Assembly: GCA_036172245.1 (NCBI GenBank)
Contig: JAYWIR010000024.1
Span: 2,852,001 to 2,916,000, forward strand
Length of the DNA: 64,000 bases
Source of the DNA: Raillietiella orientalis
Taxonomy: Eukaryota
Direction of reading: 5' to 3'
In this document: piece after piece, positions 39,021 to 50,299 of the stretch
Layout: every line of letters begins with the position of its first letter
Position numbering within the stretch: position 1 is the stretch's first letter
Program-made: the position numbers and the translations under genes
The notes under the pieces: model-generated
Seen by the model: only the letters and a program-made list of their open reading frames with translations
What the model was told of the DNA's origin: nothing
Databases searched by the model: none

Positions 39021-39467
39021 CCCCTTCGTCCCTTAGCAACCTTCGTGACAGCTTTCTTCCCGCTTTTGGTTCGAATCCGCCGACTAGGACTCCATGGCCG
39101 GTTCGCTCCCTGACTACGGCAAAGAGACTGGAAAAAGCTTTCTTATCAGAGGAGGGAGAGGAAACTTTCGCGTATCTCATGTCATCAAGAGAAAGTCCGT
39201 GAGAGGAAATTCATCCGTCTCCTCGTAAGTTCTGGTGTCTCCCAGCAAGGGCGAGGACAAGCGACCTTACGGACTGCGAGAAACCGAGTGGAAAAAGGTA
39301 AGTGCTCCCTCGGAGGGGAACGAGGCGAAGGCAAGGGATCAAGCGGTCAACGTTCCATGCTCTGAAGAAATGCACCGGGAGTCCCTTCGGGGTTGAGCGC
39401 GTTCTCGCCGAGTCATCCAAAAAAACGCTCGGCTCCAATTTACTCGGCAGAGGAAACGCTAACGTTT

Positions 39468-39601
39468 GCAACAATCGGTAGGAGAGAGACACACGCTCGC
39501 AACAATCGACCGAACAGGCGCGCAGGCTCGCAACAATCGGTAGGAGAGAGGGAGACTCTCGCAACAATCGACTGGACAGGCACGCAGGCCTGCAACAATC
39601 G
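39468..39601 (+). repeat. 31-bp period minisatellite with alternating A/B units (62-bp higher-order repeat)
   Basis: GCAACAATCG occurs at 39468, 39499, 39530, 39561 and 39592. The intervening 21-mers alternate gtaggagagag... and ac.g.acaggc.cgcaggc... Confidence 0.92.
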
Positions 39602-40129
39602 ACCCAAGTGCCTGTTCACCGATCAAGAGCCGAAAGGAATGTCATCGATGAAAAGGAACAACACCGGTGGAACGCAAGGTTCCAGAGACATTGTCGACTG
39701 CAAATTGAGTCATCAACAGTGTTGGTGACGTGCCCATGAGCGCGTCCGACCATAAATACCCTTTCTCATGACGTTCCCGAGTTGAGACGTACACACGGTC
39801 CAACTGTGCTGATGGCATTATGCCCACTTACGTGTCGCCTATTCAGTGCTTCCCTGTAAGAAGAGCGTACTCTAGGCGTGATTTGTGGGCTCCCCCATTA
39901 ACGTATTTCAAGCGCCACGGTCGTAAAGATTAGGAGATGCGAATTCCAACTGCAACCTGCATTGACCTGTCGCTGAGTAATAAATTAGTCTCGTTTCTTA
40001 TTTCGTTCCCTGCGAGATTAGAGGAAACCTGTTTCTGAAAAGGCCAGAAAAGGCAAAAAAAAATATCCTCCTTTGTGCTCTTCCCCTCGGCGATTGTTGG
40101 CCGAAAGCTTCCCCGATAGGAGCATTGTT

Positions 40130-41950
40130 ACTTAACGTCTCTTTTTAACGACGGACGGACTCCGGACGCGATATAATGCCGCTGAGACACAATGAGGCTC
40201 GCTGAATGAGAAATCCCTCTCCCGGCTGAAAACACTGCAGGGGCGACACGGCCGGGATTGCCACGGGAGCCATCCTTCCGCCCCGGTCCTCTTCCTCGAG
40301 GTAGGCATGCGCAGGAAAGCATGCTGCGGGGAAGAAAAATGCCTGCGGGGTCTCCGTATTGTTTCGTGTGTGTGCGCGCGCGCGCGCAGGGGAGGGAGGG
40401 TGGGTTCTCCGGGTTGTGTCCCGGTGCGTGGCCTGTCGGCACGGCGGCCACGAAGCTTGGAGGGCTCCCGGGAAAGGAGCACCGAGATATTTATGGCAGT
40501 ACCCCAAAAGTGATCATCGGAGATGATGATAGGAACTTTCTGGATCTCAGTGAGGACCGTAAATTTTTCGTCGGGAGGAGCCATAAAGGTGTCGTTAACC
40601 GGCCACTCTCGGAAGTAGCGATTGTTTGCCGAGCATCCCTTTCGAGGAAGGTCGCGAGAGCTCCTGCCGGGGTCTGCAAAACGCGGGTATCTGGCATTCC
40701 ATCTAACGTTTCAATCGCCGGGAGATTTATGGTTGCATCCCTCCGGACAACAACGGACGGGGAGGGGAGGGGGAGGAAGACAGGCGGAGGAGGGGGGAGG
40801 CAAAGAAGGAGAAGAAGAAGAAAAAAGGAAAACATGAAAAAAAAGCCAAAGGAGGGGGCGGGAGGGATGTGGAGAGAGAAGACTGGACTTGAATTCTCAA
40901 AGCCTCTTGGGAGCGTCTCGGCCGTCCCGCGACCCTTTCGCCGCCGTCGCCCCTCTCACGCGAGCGCGCAGGCTGACGGGCGGGAAGACGGGAGCCTCCC
41001 AGGGAGCTCGTGCCTTGGCCTCCTCCTCCACGCGAGCAACAGGGGGCGCAGGCAGCCATCCATCCCTGGGACTCGCGGCCCGGTCGGAGCTCTCTCCGGG
41101 GAGCGTCGCTCCCCCTCCCTCCCTCCCCTTTTTTTCTTCTCTCTCCCCCGAACTCCTGTGTCCGTTTGACCGTTGCGTCCTTCCGCCCCGTTAACCCCTT
41201 CCTCCTTCTCCCCCCCCTTCCGTCTCTTCCCCTGCCGCCCGTTTGCCCCCCTCTGCTTGGCCTGAGCTCGGGACGGACAGTCTCGCCTCAAGCAGAGAAA
41301 GCAAGGGGTAGGGAGAGACCCGGCGCGGATTCGGAAAGGAGGTCTGCCCGAGGGGGAGGGGCAGGGCGGTCTCCTCGTCGGGAGAGGGCCGTCTCTCCCG
41401 AAAACCATTAATTCCCGCTGTCAAAACACGTCGAAGCGGTTGGGCGGCTCCCCTTTTCGGGGGAGGAGGAGCTCCGGCGCGGCGCTTCGCGGGGCGCGGC
41501 GGCTGCAGAGGCCAGCGAGCGGCTTCTTCGGCTCGGCGCTCGGGCGAAAGACGGGCGCCGACGGTTCGCAGCCGCCTCCATAAGGGCTGCCCCCCCACGG
41601 TTCCCGCCCGTCTCCGGCTTTCGCCGGAGGCGCCGACCAGGTGCGAGGGCGGCGGGCTCCGGCTGCCGGCGCAGCAACGACGAAGAAACCCAGCAAAGGA
41701 GAGGAGGACGCGCTCCAGAGGGAAACGAGGAGCGCTTGAGGAGCAGCTTCCAGCCGTTCACCGTCTCCCGCTGCCCTCTGCTCTTCCTAATCCCAAACCG
41801 AGACACTCTGGAAACGGAAGCGCCTGTGGCTCGGCGGCGTAGCCCTGAACCACAGTGGCGCTTCTCATTTCCTGGGCGGCGACAGGACATCCGGCCTCGA
41901 GATGGCGACGCATCTTTGGATGCTGCCTGCCGGCCCACCCTTGGGGTGTT
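40130..41950 (-). mobile_element. RT relic split by CT/GA tracts
   Basis: LLLKRSSFPSGARPPLLC (domains 1-2), TCFDSGN*WF (domain 3), VRRDATI (domain 5), HKYLGAPF (domain 7). Confidence 0.55.
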
Positions 41951-41979
41951 GCTGTTGCTACAAGGAGGAGAAGAAGAAG

Positions 41980-42450
41980 AATGGTGGAGAAGGAAGAAGC
42001 TCTATGGAGAAGGAAGAGGAAGAGCCACACGCCCAGACAGACCAACAAGTCCTGTGTCCTCCGGAATGCAGCATCAAACGCTCTTCTGTATCCAGGAGCC
42101 TCTGGAGCGCCTCCAATGCCACCTGTAGAGAGGGAGCGAAGGGGAGGAGGAGTAGGCTGGTTGAGGGGACCCCATCGATCACCTTTCAGGTCCGGACCGC
42201 GCCGAGCGGCGATCCGGGAGGCGACGCCGAATTTCGACCGAGTCTGCAGGAAAGGCGAGAAAACCTCCCCTTTCCGCGGCCTCCAGGGGGGAGGGTCCAA
42301 TAGAGCGGACCGTCCCGGGGAAGAGTGAAAAGCGAGCAACCGCCGCGGGGAGCGGCCGCAGGCGGAGATGGCACGCACGCGCCCCCTCCCGAAGCGCGCG
42401 AGCGCTTCGCTGCTGCAGCGCATACCCCCATAAATCGTGCGCGCGCCCAT
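41980..42450 (-). mobile_element. RT relic (domains 2-3)
   Basis: VRAISAC..RRLLA, and LDTE.AFDAAFR..LLVCLGV (LDxEKAFD). Confidence 0.45.
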
Positions 42451-43139
42451 AGAGAACTGCGGTTTCCTCCCTCTGCGTCCTCTCCCTCTGAATGATGGGA
42501 CAGCCCCATAGCGTCTCGCTCGTTATCTGACGGAGATCCCTCGGGCTGCCGGAGCGGTCCGGAAATCTGTGGCGGGAGGCCCTACGAGCAGCGGCTGCCG
42601 CTCCGACGAAGGATTCCCTGCGGTGTGCCCCCTCCCAACAGTTCTCCCCATTATCCAGCCCAAGAGGAGGGCAGCAAACCGGAGGCGGGAGGAGATGAGA
42701 AATCGAAAGCGGGAGGAGGGAGTTGGAGTGTTTGCGCTTGGGGAAAGTGGGTGCGGGGTGAGGGACATTCATTCCTCCTCTTCTCTTCCTCTTCTCTCCT
42801 TCTTCTCTCCCCTTTTCGTCCACCTTTTCCTCTTCTCTTCTTCTTCTCTCCTCCGTTTGTCCACCTTTTCCTCTTCTTCTTTTGTTCTTCGTTCCTCCGT
42901 TCGTCCTCTTTCTCGTCCTCGGATGTAGATGGAAAATTTCGGCGTAATTCATTCACCGCAGACTTCTTTTTTCTTTTCTTTCTTGCGATGGCCAGAAGTG
43001 AACGGTGACCAAGAAACGCACATCAGGGTGATCACATGTTGACGGTGTGATCACCTACGATGAGAGCGATTGCGGGACTCCCGTGGCTTCAAAAGTCACG
43101 AAGACATCACGTAAGCCTGAGCGAAGTACAGCTGGATCT

Positions 43140-44300
43140 AAAGATGCACCGAGAAGCTGCGGGGGTCCCGGACAAAGACAGGCTCAAAATTAGCGTGCGC
43201 CAAAGTGGGTGCTTTGGACGTGACATGGCAACTCGATGATTCGCCTCGGGACCGAGGAAAGCGTGGAAACGAGAATGTCACCTGGAGAAACCACCTGCGA
43301 CCCAGCAACCCGAGGGGATTCCGATTCATCAGATGCTGCGAAAGAAAGCTCCCCAGTCGGCCACGGAGGAGCGGCCAGCTTGCTTCTCCCAAACTGACAA
43401 GAGATTACCATTTAAAAAGCAGCGCAGCCTCCTTCGTCTGGAAGAGCAGCAGCGCACAGGCGCTGCGCGGAGTCGAAGACTCTGGATGCCGTGCTGGGAC
43501 GGACAAAGTCAGCGGGAACATCACTCAAGATGAAAGACAGGATCTCCGAATTTTTCGGAAATTCTGTTGCGCAAATACAGGAAGGCAGTGCTCGAAAGAA
43601 AGGACCGCTCTCTCTCTCCTCCCCACAGTATTTTGCATCCGCTAAAGAATCTTCTGGAGTACCGCTCGCAAGGTGCAGTCAGCAAGACCCTCCTCCCTGC
43701 GCCTCCTCACTCCCCAGCCGAATTCAAGGAGGCCATACCTGCTGTTGCACTCGGAAGCCTCGTTTCCGCTTCGTCCCCTAGCAGGACTCTCCGCTTCCGG
43801 GATGGAGAGAGCAGTTAGCTCGCCTCCGGTTCTGCGAGATGCTGCCCATCCAGCTTTCGGAGAAGGCAGAAAAGGCAGAGAAGGCCTCTGGACACCCTCG
43901 AAGAAGGTTTCCCACCGCAGGTGACTCGAACACCGAGAACTCTTTCCGCGTTAGAAACGACTGCTCCCGCCGCATCTCTAGACCCGACATGCGTGTACGC
44001 CTAGGAACGCGTTTCAAGGGCTTCCCTCTCCATCAGATGATAGCAGCTGAAAAGAACGAAACGGACCCAGACCAAAAGGAGAGAGAGAGAGAGAGAGAGA
44101 AAAAAAAAAAAGCTCAGCATCCATGTCGGCATCTGCATCAGCCTGCCGCTCTCCGCCATTATCCTACGCCTCTCCGTGCTTTGTCGTGCCCGAAGAATCC
44201 TGTGGGCCTCAACGGTCTGCTGGCAGAACCCATGATGGAGCGCTCCGTTTCCATGGGTCGTGAACCGAAGACAGGCCTTAGAGACCCCTTCATTACGCCA
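43140..44300 (-). mobile_element. EN-RT relic
   Basis: LLRGRLGSFLSQHLMNRNPLGLLGRR (domain 2/2a) and VTSKAPTLAH (SKAFDxVxH), with EN-like IMGS...RG upstream. Confidence 0.5.
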
Positions 44301-44899
44301 GCTGATTGCTTTTCTTGAGCGCCATTGTTATCGATGGTTTCTATCCGATCTCATCTCTTCTCATCTCGTTAATTAGCCAAAAAAAAAAAAAAAGATTTCT
44401 CCGTACTCCCAGCACCTCATCAAAGGATGCCGAAGCTTTGGACCGATACCATCGAGCAAGCTGTTAAGAGCCGAAGAGCTGCAAGTTAAAATCGGGTGGT
44501 GCTTGTCTTACAACTGGAAACATCACACCTGGAAACACCAAAAAAAAGCTGTTCCTTCCCAGGGGATCAGCCGACGCTTGACCACAGAGTTGATCTCCAC
44601 CCTTGTTTGACGTTATTTTATTCTTCTGGGATCTCGCCGCAGATCAGCACTTCGTAAAGGAGACACATGTAGGACCGCTCAGGGTTAGCAAAACTCGGCA
44701 ACTCGGGAACCGATTCTCATTCCGAGACCAGCACCCTCGCATGAAGGACATTCAGTTATTACCCGGATACGCCGGGCATTTATTTAAAAATAAAATAAAC
44801 TTTCACAATCTCTGTGGTTGGACAGGTGGTCCAACCACGTCCTTTTCAGATCTAACCTGCCGCGTCACCGGTTCGCAGGCCGGTGAAGTCCTCCATGGC

Positions 44900-45530
44900 A
44901 GCAGAGGGTGGGAGGGGGCAAACAAAAAGAAAAAGAAGTAAAAGAAAAATAAAACAAGTTTGGGGTGGGTGCGGGAAGGGGTCACGTCCTGCTGGGGTAG
45001 GTCCTCTGCATCCTTTCGAGGATGCCGTAAGCTCTTGCTGCATGCTGTTCTTCAGATAAGACCACTCTTCTTGCCATCCTCATGAAGCAGACGGCAAAGT
45101 GGACACCCCTGTAACTTGGTCCTCTTGCATCACTCCAGGCAGCGATGATGATCCCGCCTAGGCAGCAGAAAGCTGCCGGCCGAAGGGCGTCGCGTAGGAG
45201 GAGGGGTCCCCATGTGTCCCTGGAGTTGCCTCCGGGGGGTTCCTAGGGACGCAGCAAAGCGCTTCCAGACGGGCCAGAGGCCAACACAATCCACTAACAG
45301 GTGCGGGAGGTATTCCTGCTCCCCGCACCATCTGACACAGTTGGGGTCCACACACACCATGTCCAGTGATGCCGGCGAGCGTTGCACGGGAAGCCCCAGT
45401 GCAGCAGCAAAACCGCCTACTCCCGCCACTTCAAGAGTCGGGAAAAGCGATCCCGCCTCCATTCCAAATAGGCTAGGCTTCAGGACTCTCCATGAAAACT
45501 TCCCAGACGTGCACCACCCACGCAACCCGA
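44900..45530 (-). mobile_element. LINE 3' end relic (zf-RVT-like) and 3' UTR, family A
   Basis: CVRWCGEQEYLPHLLVDCVGLWPVWKRF, followed by a T-rich UTR like the other family A copies. Confidence 0.7.
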
Positions 45531-45569
45531 AGAAGAATCTCCTCCTTCATCCTTCCTCATCTTTATTTT

Positions 45570-46490
45570 CATCCGTGGAGCTTCATCGTTTCTGGAGAAG
45601 AACTGGTTGGCAACCTGGAGTTCAAGAAGGAGGCGGGGACGTACCTTGTTCGAGTGAGGGTTTTGCTGGATTCTTGCGCCGTTGCCCCGAGCTCGAACTC
45701 GCAAGGCAGGAGGAAGTGGGTGGCGGCCACCGTCACCACGCGCCGCCGTCGTCCGTCAGCTCTGATGTCGCAGTTCCCACGGATCCACCTGCCTTCGGCT
45801 TGCGATACCACGGCAACAACAAAGCGCCAGGAGCCAGGGAGGGGATCAAAACAGCGGCGTGGCGGCGGTCGATTCCACCAGTTCTCTGGGAGAGTCTTCG
45901 GTGTCGGCTGGGGAGAGGCTGGAGAAGGATCCATCTGCTCAGTAACGATCGAGCCACCGCCCTGGATGAGCGATGTCCGTTCGTTTCGTAAGAGCTCGGG
46001 ACGGTTCGGAAGCGGAGGGCACCGCGACACCGCCCTCCGGCTGTTCTCCGAAGGGATCGCCTCAGCAGCGGTGCGCACCAGCCACGTCGGATCGCTAGGA
46101 GAGTGGGCCTGGAAAAGGATGAGGGAAGCTTCATCTTCATCTTCGTCCAAGATGCGGAGGTTTCCTCGATCACGAGCGGAAGCGATTGGCATCTCCTGCC
46201 GCCTGCTTCAGTCGCCACATCCACTCGACGCATCCTCTCGGCCGTGCCCCCCCGCTGACTCCAAAATCAGCTCTCCGGGAGCAGCACATGGGGCGGATGA
46301 CGTTGATGCACCCCTCGTAGTGCGAGAGAGACCCAGGGAGCATCTGATGCTACCTGGAAACGGGAAAGTTTCATCTTGAAAAAGATGGCGCGCATCGTTG
46401 CGACAGTAGGGCGAGTGCAGTACTCAGCAACTGCTATTCGGTGGCGATTCCATGACGACACGTTAAGATGAACGACACGACACGTGAACG
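45570..46490 (-). mobile_element. APE endonuclease relic
   Basis: LNVSSWN, LFQDET.FPG..RTTRGA, PQPTP, and ATHFLL (SDHxxI) occur in order. Confidence 0.45.
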
Positions 46491-47218
46491 CAAGAGCATC
46501 CCGACAGTTCACCCGGTTGTCAAGGAGACACTATCGGCTGTCCCGCCTCCCGTCGCACAGAGGACGAAAGAGTCGTTACTTCCACCTCCCGGATTTCAGA
46601 CGGCCGGTCTCGTTACATGATCCACTTCCTGCCACTTCTTCGCTCATCTTTCGCTTCCCAGATCTATCGGGTCCAGTTTTCCCCTCCAGACAAAAAAAAA
46701 GTTCCTGCTCGATCTTGCGGTCCAACTGCTGCCCGGAATCCGGCGAGCGAGCTTCGCTTCCCGCCGCTTCAAAGCCGAGTCCCCTGTTTCGCCTTGGGGA
46801 GGATTCTCTGCATCATCGGCTCGTGTTTCTTGCGCTCTCGGAGCGGTCCAGAACCCCTGCACCCTTGGAGCTCTGACGTCCGTCGCCCGCCGCTGCGCTT
46901 CTCTCCCAGAAACAAATTCAATTTTCCCGTGAAAACACTTCCAGCTCGCTCGCTGATTGAAATCCCCCGTGGCCTTGGAAACTCGCCCTGCGACTGGACC
47001 TCGGGGACAGAGAGTTGAGGAATGCGCGACTGCAGGAAGAACACGGAGAAGCCAGGAGCTGCACAGTAGCTCTCTCAGGGTTCCCTGAAAGCTCCCCCGC
47101 CATGTGGAAACCGTCGACGCCTTTTGCTTCCCTGGAAGAGCGGAGAGCTCGAATGTTCGAGAACGCCGGTCTTGTTTTGCTTGGACTGCCTTGGGAACGG
47201 CCGCGTCAGCACCGGAAG

Positions 47219-47274
47219 TCTCATGCGACGCGATCCGTCTGAGGATCGCGTCGCATGAGATCGTCTGAGGATCG
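47219..47274. repeat. Perfect 18-bp hairpin with adjacent 13-bp duplication
   Basis: tctcatgcgacgcgatcc-gtctga-ggatcgcgtcgcatgaga (47219-47260). cgtctgaggatcg occurs at 47236 and 47262. Confidence 0.95.
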
Positions 47275-47299
47275 TCCCGGGAACCTCGGATCACACCGT

Positions 47300-48400
47300 C
47301 TTCCGAACCTCGCCCTTGGGTTTGACTCCTTCATGGAAGGCAGCCTCCGGTCAGCCCGCACAGCTCCCTGCGTTCCTCCTCACGGCGTCGCTGGTACCTC
47401 CGAAGAACTGCAGCCTGCTCCTCGGAGGTCTTCGGAAAGTTCTCATCCCTTGGTCACCTCGCTCTTTTTCCACGCGCGCGGAATCTTCACACAGCTTGCG
47501 CTGTGACGTCTCGCGGCCCAAGCGGGCTGCACGTGAGAACATCGGAGAACACTGCGTGTGTATATTGTGCATGCACTGCGCATCACCTACCTTGCAGCCC
47601 TGATGGACACCGTGATCGCACACATCCGGGATCCATGCGCCTGTACCCCGACGCCTCATGTACACATCATCAAAATACAACCTTACGAGCTGCGCGTGCA
47701 CTGCCTGCTCCTGACCGTCTTGCGTGCCGGCCCTCGTGGCGTCTTCAGCAGCAGCGAGGAATGGCCAAGCGATCCCGTAGTTGAGTTCCACGCACGAGTC
47801 CGTTCCTGTACAGAGCAGTCGCGAGCGAATCAGGAAGCGAACCCGCTCGCGGTTCGGAAAACTGTCGAACCTGGAAGCCATAACGGGAGGCCTTGAAGCA
47901 ACTTCCTGGATTTCCGGAAGGACGCAGAACGCTTTGGCGCGTCTCTACATCTCCATAGCAGCAGCAGGCGCGCGGTCAGCTGGCTTGCCAGCCAAAAGTC
48001 TGTCGTCTGCGGCGTCGCGGCTGAAAGTTGAATTTACTCCCCCGCCCTTCCTAACCGACGACCAGCAGAGCGAGAGATGAAGACGGAAAGCTGCTCCTTC
48101 AAGATTCTGTCGAGGAGGAACAGACTGCTGCTTCCGTGCTGGTCCAGTCTGATCAAACAAACGACGCGGTGGCGTCGTGGCCCATCCTCTGCATTTTTGA
48201 TGCTGGTCACCCTTCCACCACCACCATCTTGAGAAAGTTCCAGAAACTGGGATGCCTCCCCTTCTTCCTCCCGTTTCAGGTGAATGGACTTCTTCAGGCA
48301 TCGCACTTGGGAAGTACACATGAAAACAAACCGGAAGGGCTCGCGGAGTGCTGACCTGGACCTTTCCGAATGTCGAGATCATACACTCGTTTCCCTGGGT
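47300..48400 (-). mobile_element. RT relic (domains 1-4), best preserved in the window
   Basis: RHRVVCL..LLDRILKEQL, ASRFDSFPNRE, YGIAWPFL..LVRLYFDD..GAW..GVHQGC. Confidence 0.7.
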
Positions 48401-49339
48401 CCACTAGGCGATCGCTTCTTCCCTGCAGCAGTGTCCACAACGGACCCGTGCGGCGGCGCCCCGCTTCCCTTGGAACCCGTGTTTTTCTCGCGGAACCCGC
48501 GCATCACTTTGCCGAACCAGGCGAGGAGCAGCAGAAATTGTGGTTCCCTAGGCTGCGGGTCATCCCGAAGCTGTGTCTGGAAGGAGGTTCAGGAGGCTCT
48601 TCAGCTGGAAGTGACTCGAAGGAGTCGTCTGTACGACAGCTTCTTCGGCAAGGACGTCGTAATCCTCTCCCCTGCATTCTGGTACGCCTCCTCCCGTCCC
48701 CGTCGTCAACCTCAGCATTCCCGTCGGCGGATCATTTGTTTAAAAATAAAGCAGTCGAAAAATCGAGTAAATTTTACGAATTCTGGGAACGCGTCCAGGA
48801 CAACCATGAAGAGAGGTTGCGTCCATCCTTCCCGCATCCCTCGTCTCTCCTTCGACCGGTTGTCAAGGAGACATTGACACGTGGTGGAGGGTGCCAGGGG
48901 GTCTGCGTTAACGTGGTCCGGTTCCCGCGAGACGGGATCGAAGAGCATCCCTCTCAGGGAGTTCAGCTCAGGTGGCCGCTGTGGTCGACGCTCTCCATCC
49001 CGGTTCCGTGAGTCCGGCGTCTAGGAGGGTCCGGAAGCGATCTCAACTCGGACTTGAACAGGTTCAGGTGAACCCCGTCCCCTCCGTAGTCGCCGACGCC
49101 GCGCGCTCATGTCGTTCCGGATGGACGCTGCTCCGTAGCCGACGGACCAGAACTGCTCGTCGGTAAAAACCCATCAGGCGGGCAGCGGCCATGTTCGCTC
49201 CATCGATCTACTCTTCGTCTAAATCGGATTGCCAGCTGATCTTCGGGTCGTCGGGAGCGTTGGCCACCGTACTGGACGTTCGGTGACGTGTGAATTTTTT
49301 CCTTAGGAGACTCTGGAGTCCTGAAAGCGCGCCCAGATG

Positions 49340-50200
49340 AACTGTGACCGCTGCAGAGTCTCCTACGCAAACCGCTGGGAGATCTCCTGAAGGATTGGAC
49401 GCAGTGGTCCCGGATAGCCGTCACACCCTTGCCACAGCGCTGTCTATCCTCAGGGCAAGTAGTGGCAGCAGCCAGCCGGCGGGGTGGGAGTTGGCCTGCA
49501 ACACTGCAGGAGTCCAGGAACTCCTGGCCAGCTGCAAGACGAGCGAGTTGGTGAATGCCGCCACACCTCGTTCCTGTAAGAAAGGACTTCTTCAATGGGG
49601 TGACCTGCTTGGTGTGCCTCCCGAAGAAGAACTCGCGATCCCTCCTCCGTGTGTGGACACTTGCGTGTTCTCGCTCCTGTGGACACGGGACGTTCTGCTG
49701 TTTCTGCACTGGGAATCCCGGTGCAATCAGCACGGACACCTGGCTTCCGGGGGAGTTGAACCGCCCCGAACTGTTCCAGACGATGGAATCGTTCCTGCAG
49801 CTCCTGTTGGACTGCACTGCCGTGGAGGACTTGCGGCGGAGACTCCCTTCGGAGGACCGACAGCCGCAGGACACCGCTTTGGACCTGCTGCGACGCTTCT
49901 CAGCGGAGGCGAGCTGAAGAAGGGCGCTGTGATCGCAACCATCTGTTGCGTCGGCAGCCATGGTGACAGCCCGCCACGTGTTCGAGTCAGCTTCACAGCG
50001 GAGAGCAGCATGACAGCAGCCCTCATGAGAACAGCAAGGGGATGGCCTGATCTGCCAGAAGTTGCCAGGAAGATCACCACCATCCAGGACCGCTTCTAGA
50101 AGGAAAGGAACGTCTTCAACCAAAGACACCTGCCACCACCCTCTCGTCTTTATTTATTTATTTACTGCCCCCTCCCTCCGTTACCAACTTTTTGGAAGCC
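49340..50200 (+). mobile_element. LINE 3' end relic (zf-RVT-like) and 3' UTR, family A
   Basis: TLATALSILR..GW..KTSELVNAATP..GLLQWG aligns with the 2560 copy. Also ESFLQLLLDCTAVEDL and a (TTTA)n-like UTR. Confidence 0.65.
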
Positions 50201-50299
50201 GGTCTGCGTTCCGGTGGTTATCCCGGAAAGACTTTTTTTGGCATTTTTCGTTTTTAAGGGGGGACTCTTCTTCCCTTCTTCCTTGTAGTTTGTTTGTTT

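Noticed and set aside
39468..39601. CRISPR-like repeat-spacer array
   Set aside because: The repeat is only 10 bp, the spacers alternate and resemble each other, there are no cas genes, and the context is eukaryotic.
44440..44530. LLRAEELQVKIGWC, an R1-like gag motif
   Set aside because: Single short motif with no downstream zinc knuckles.
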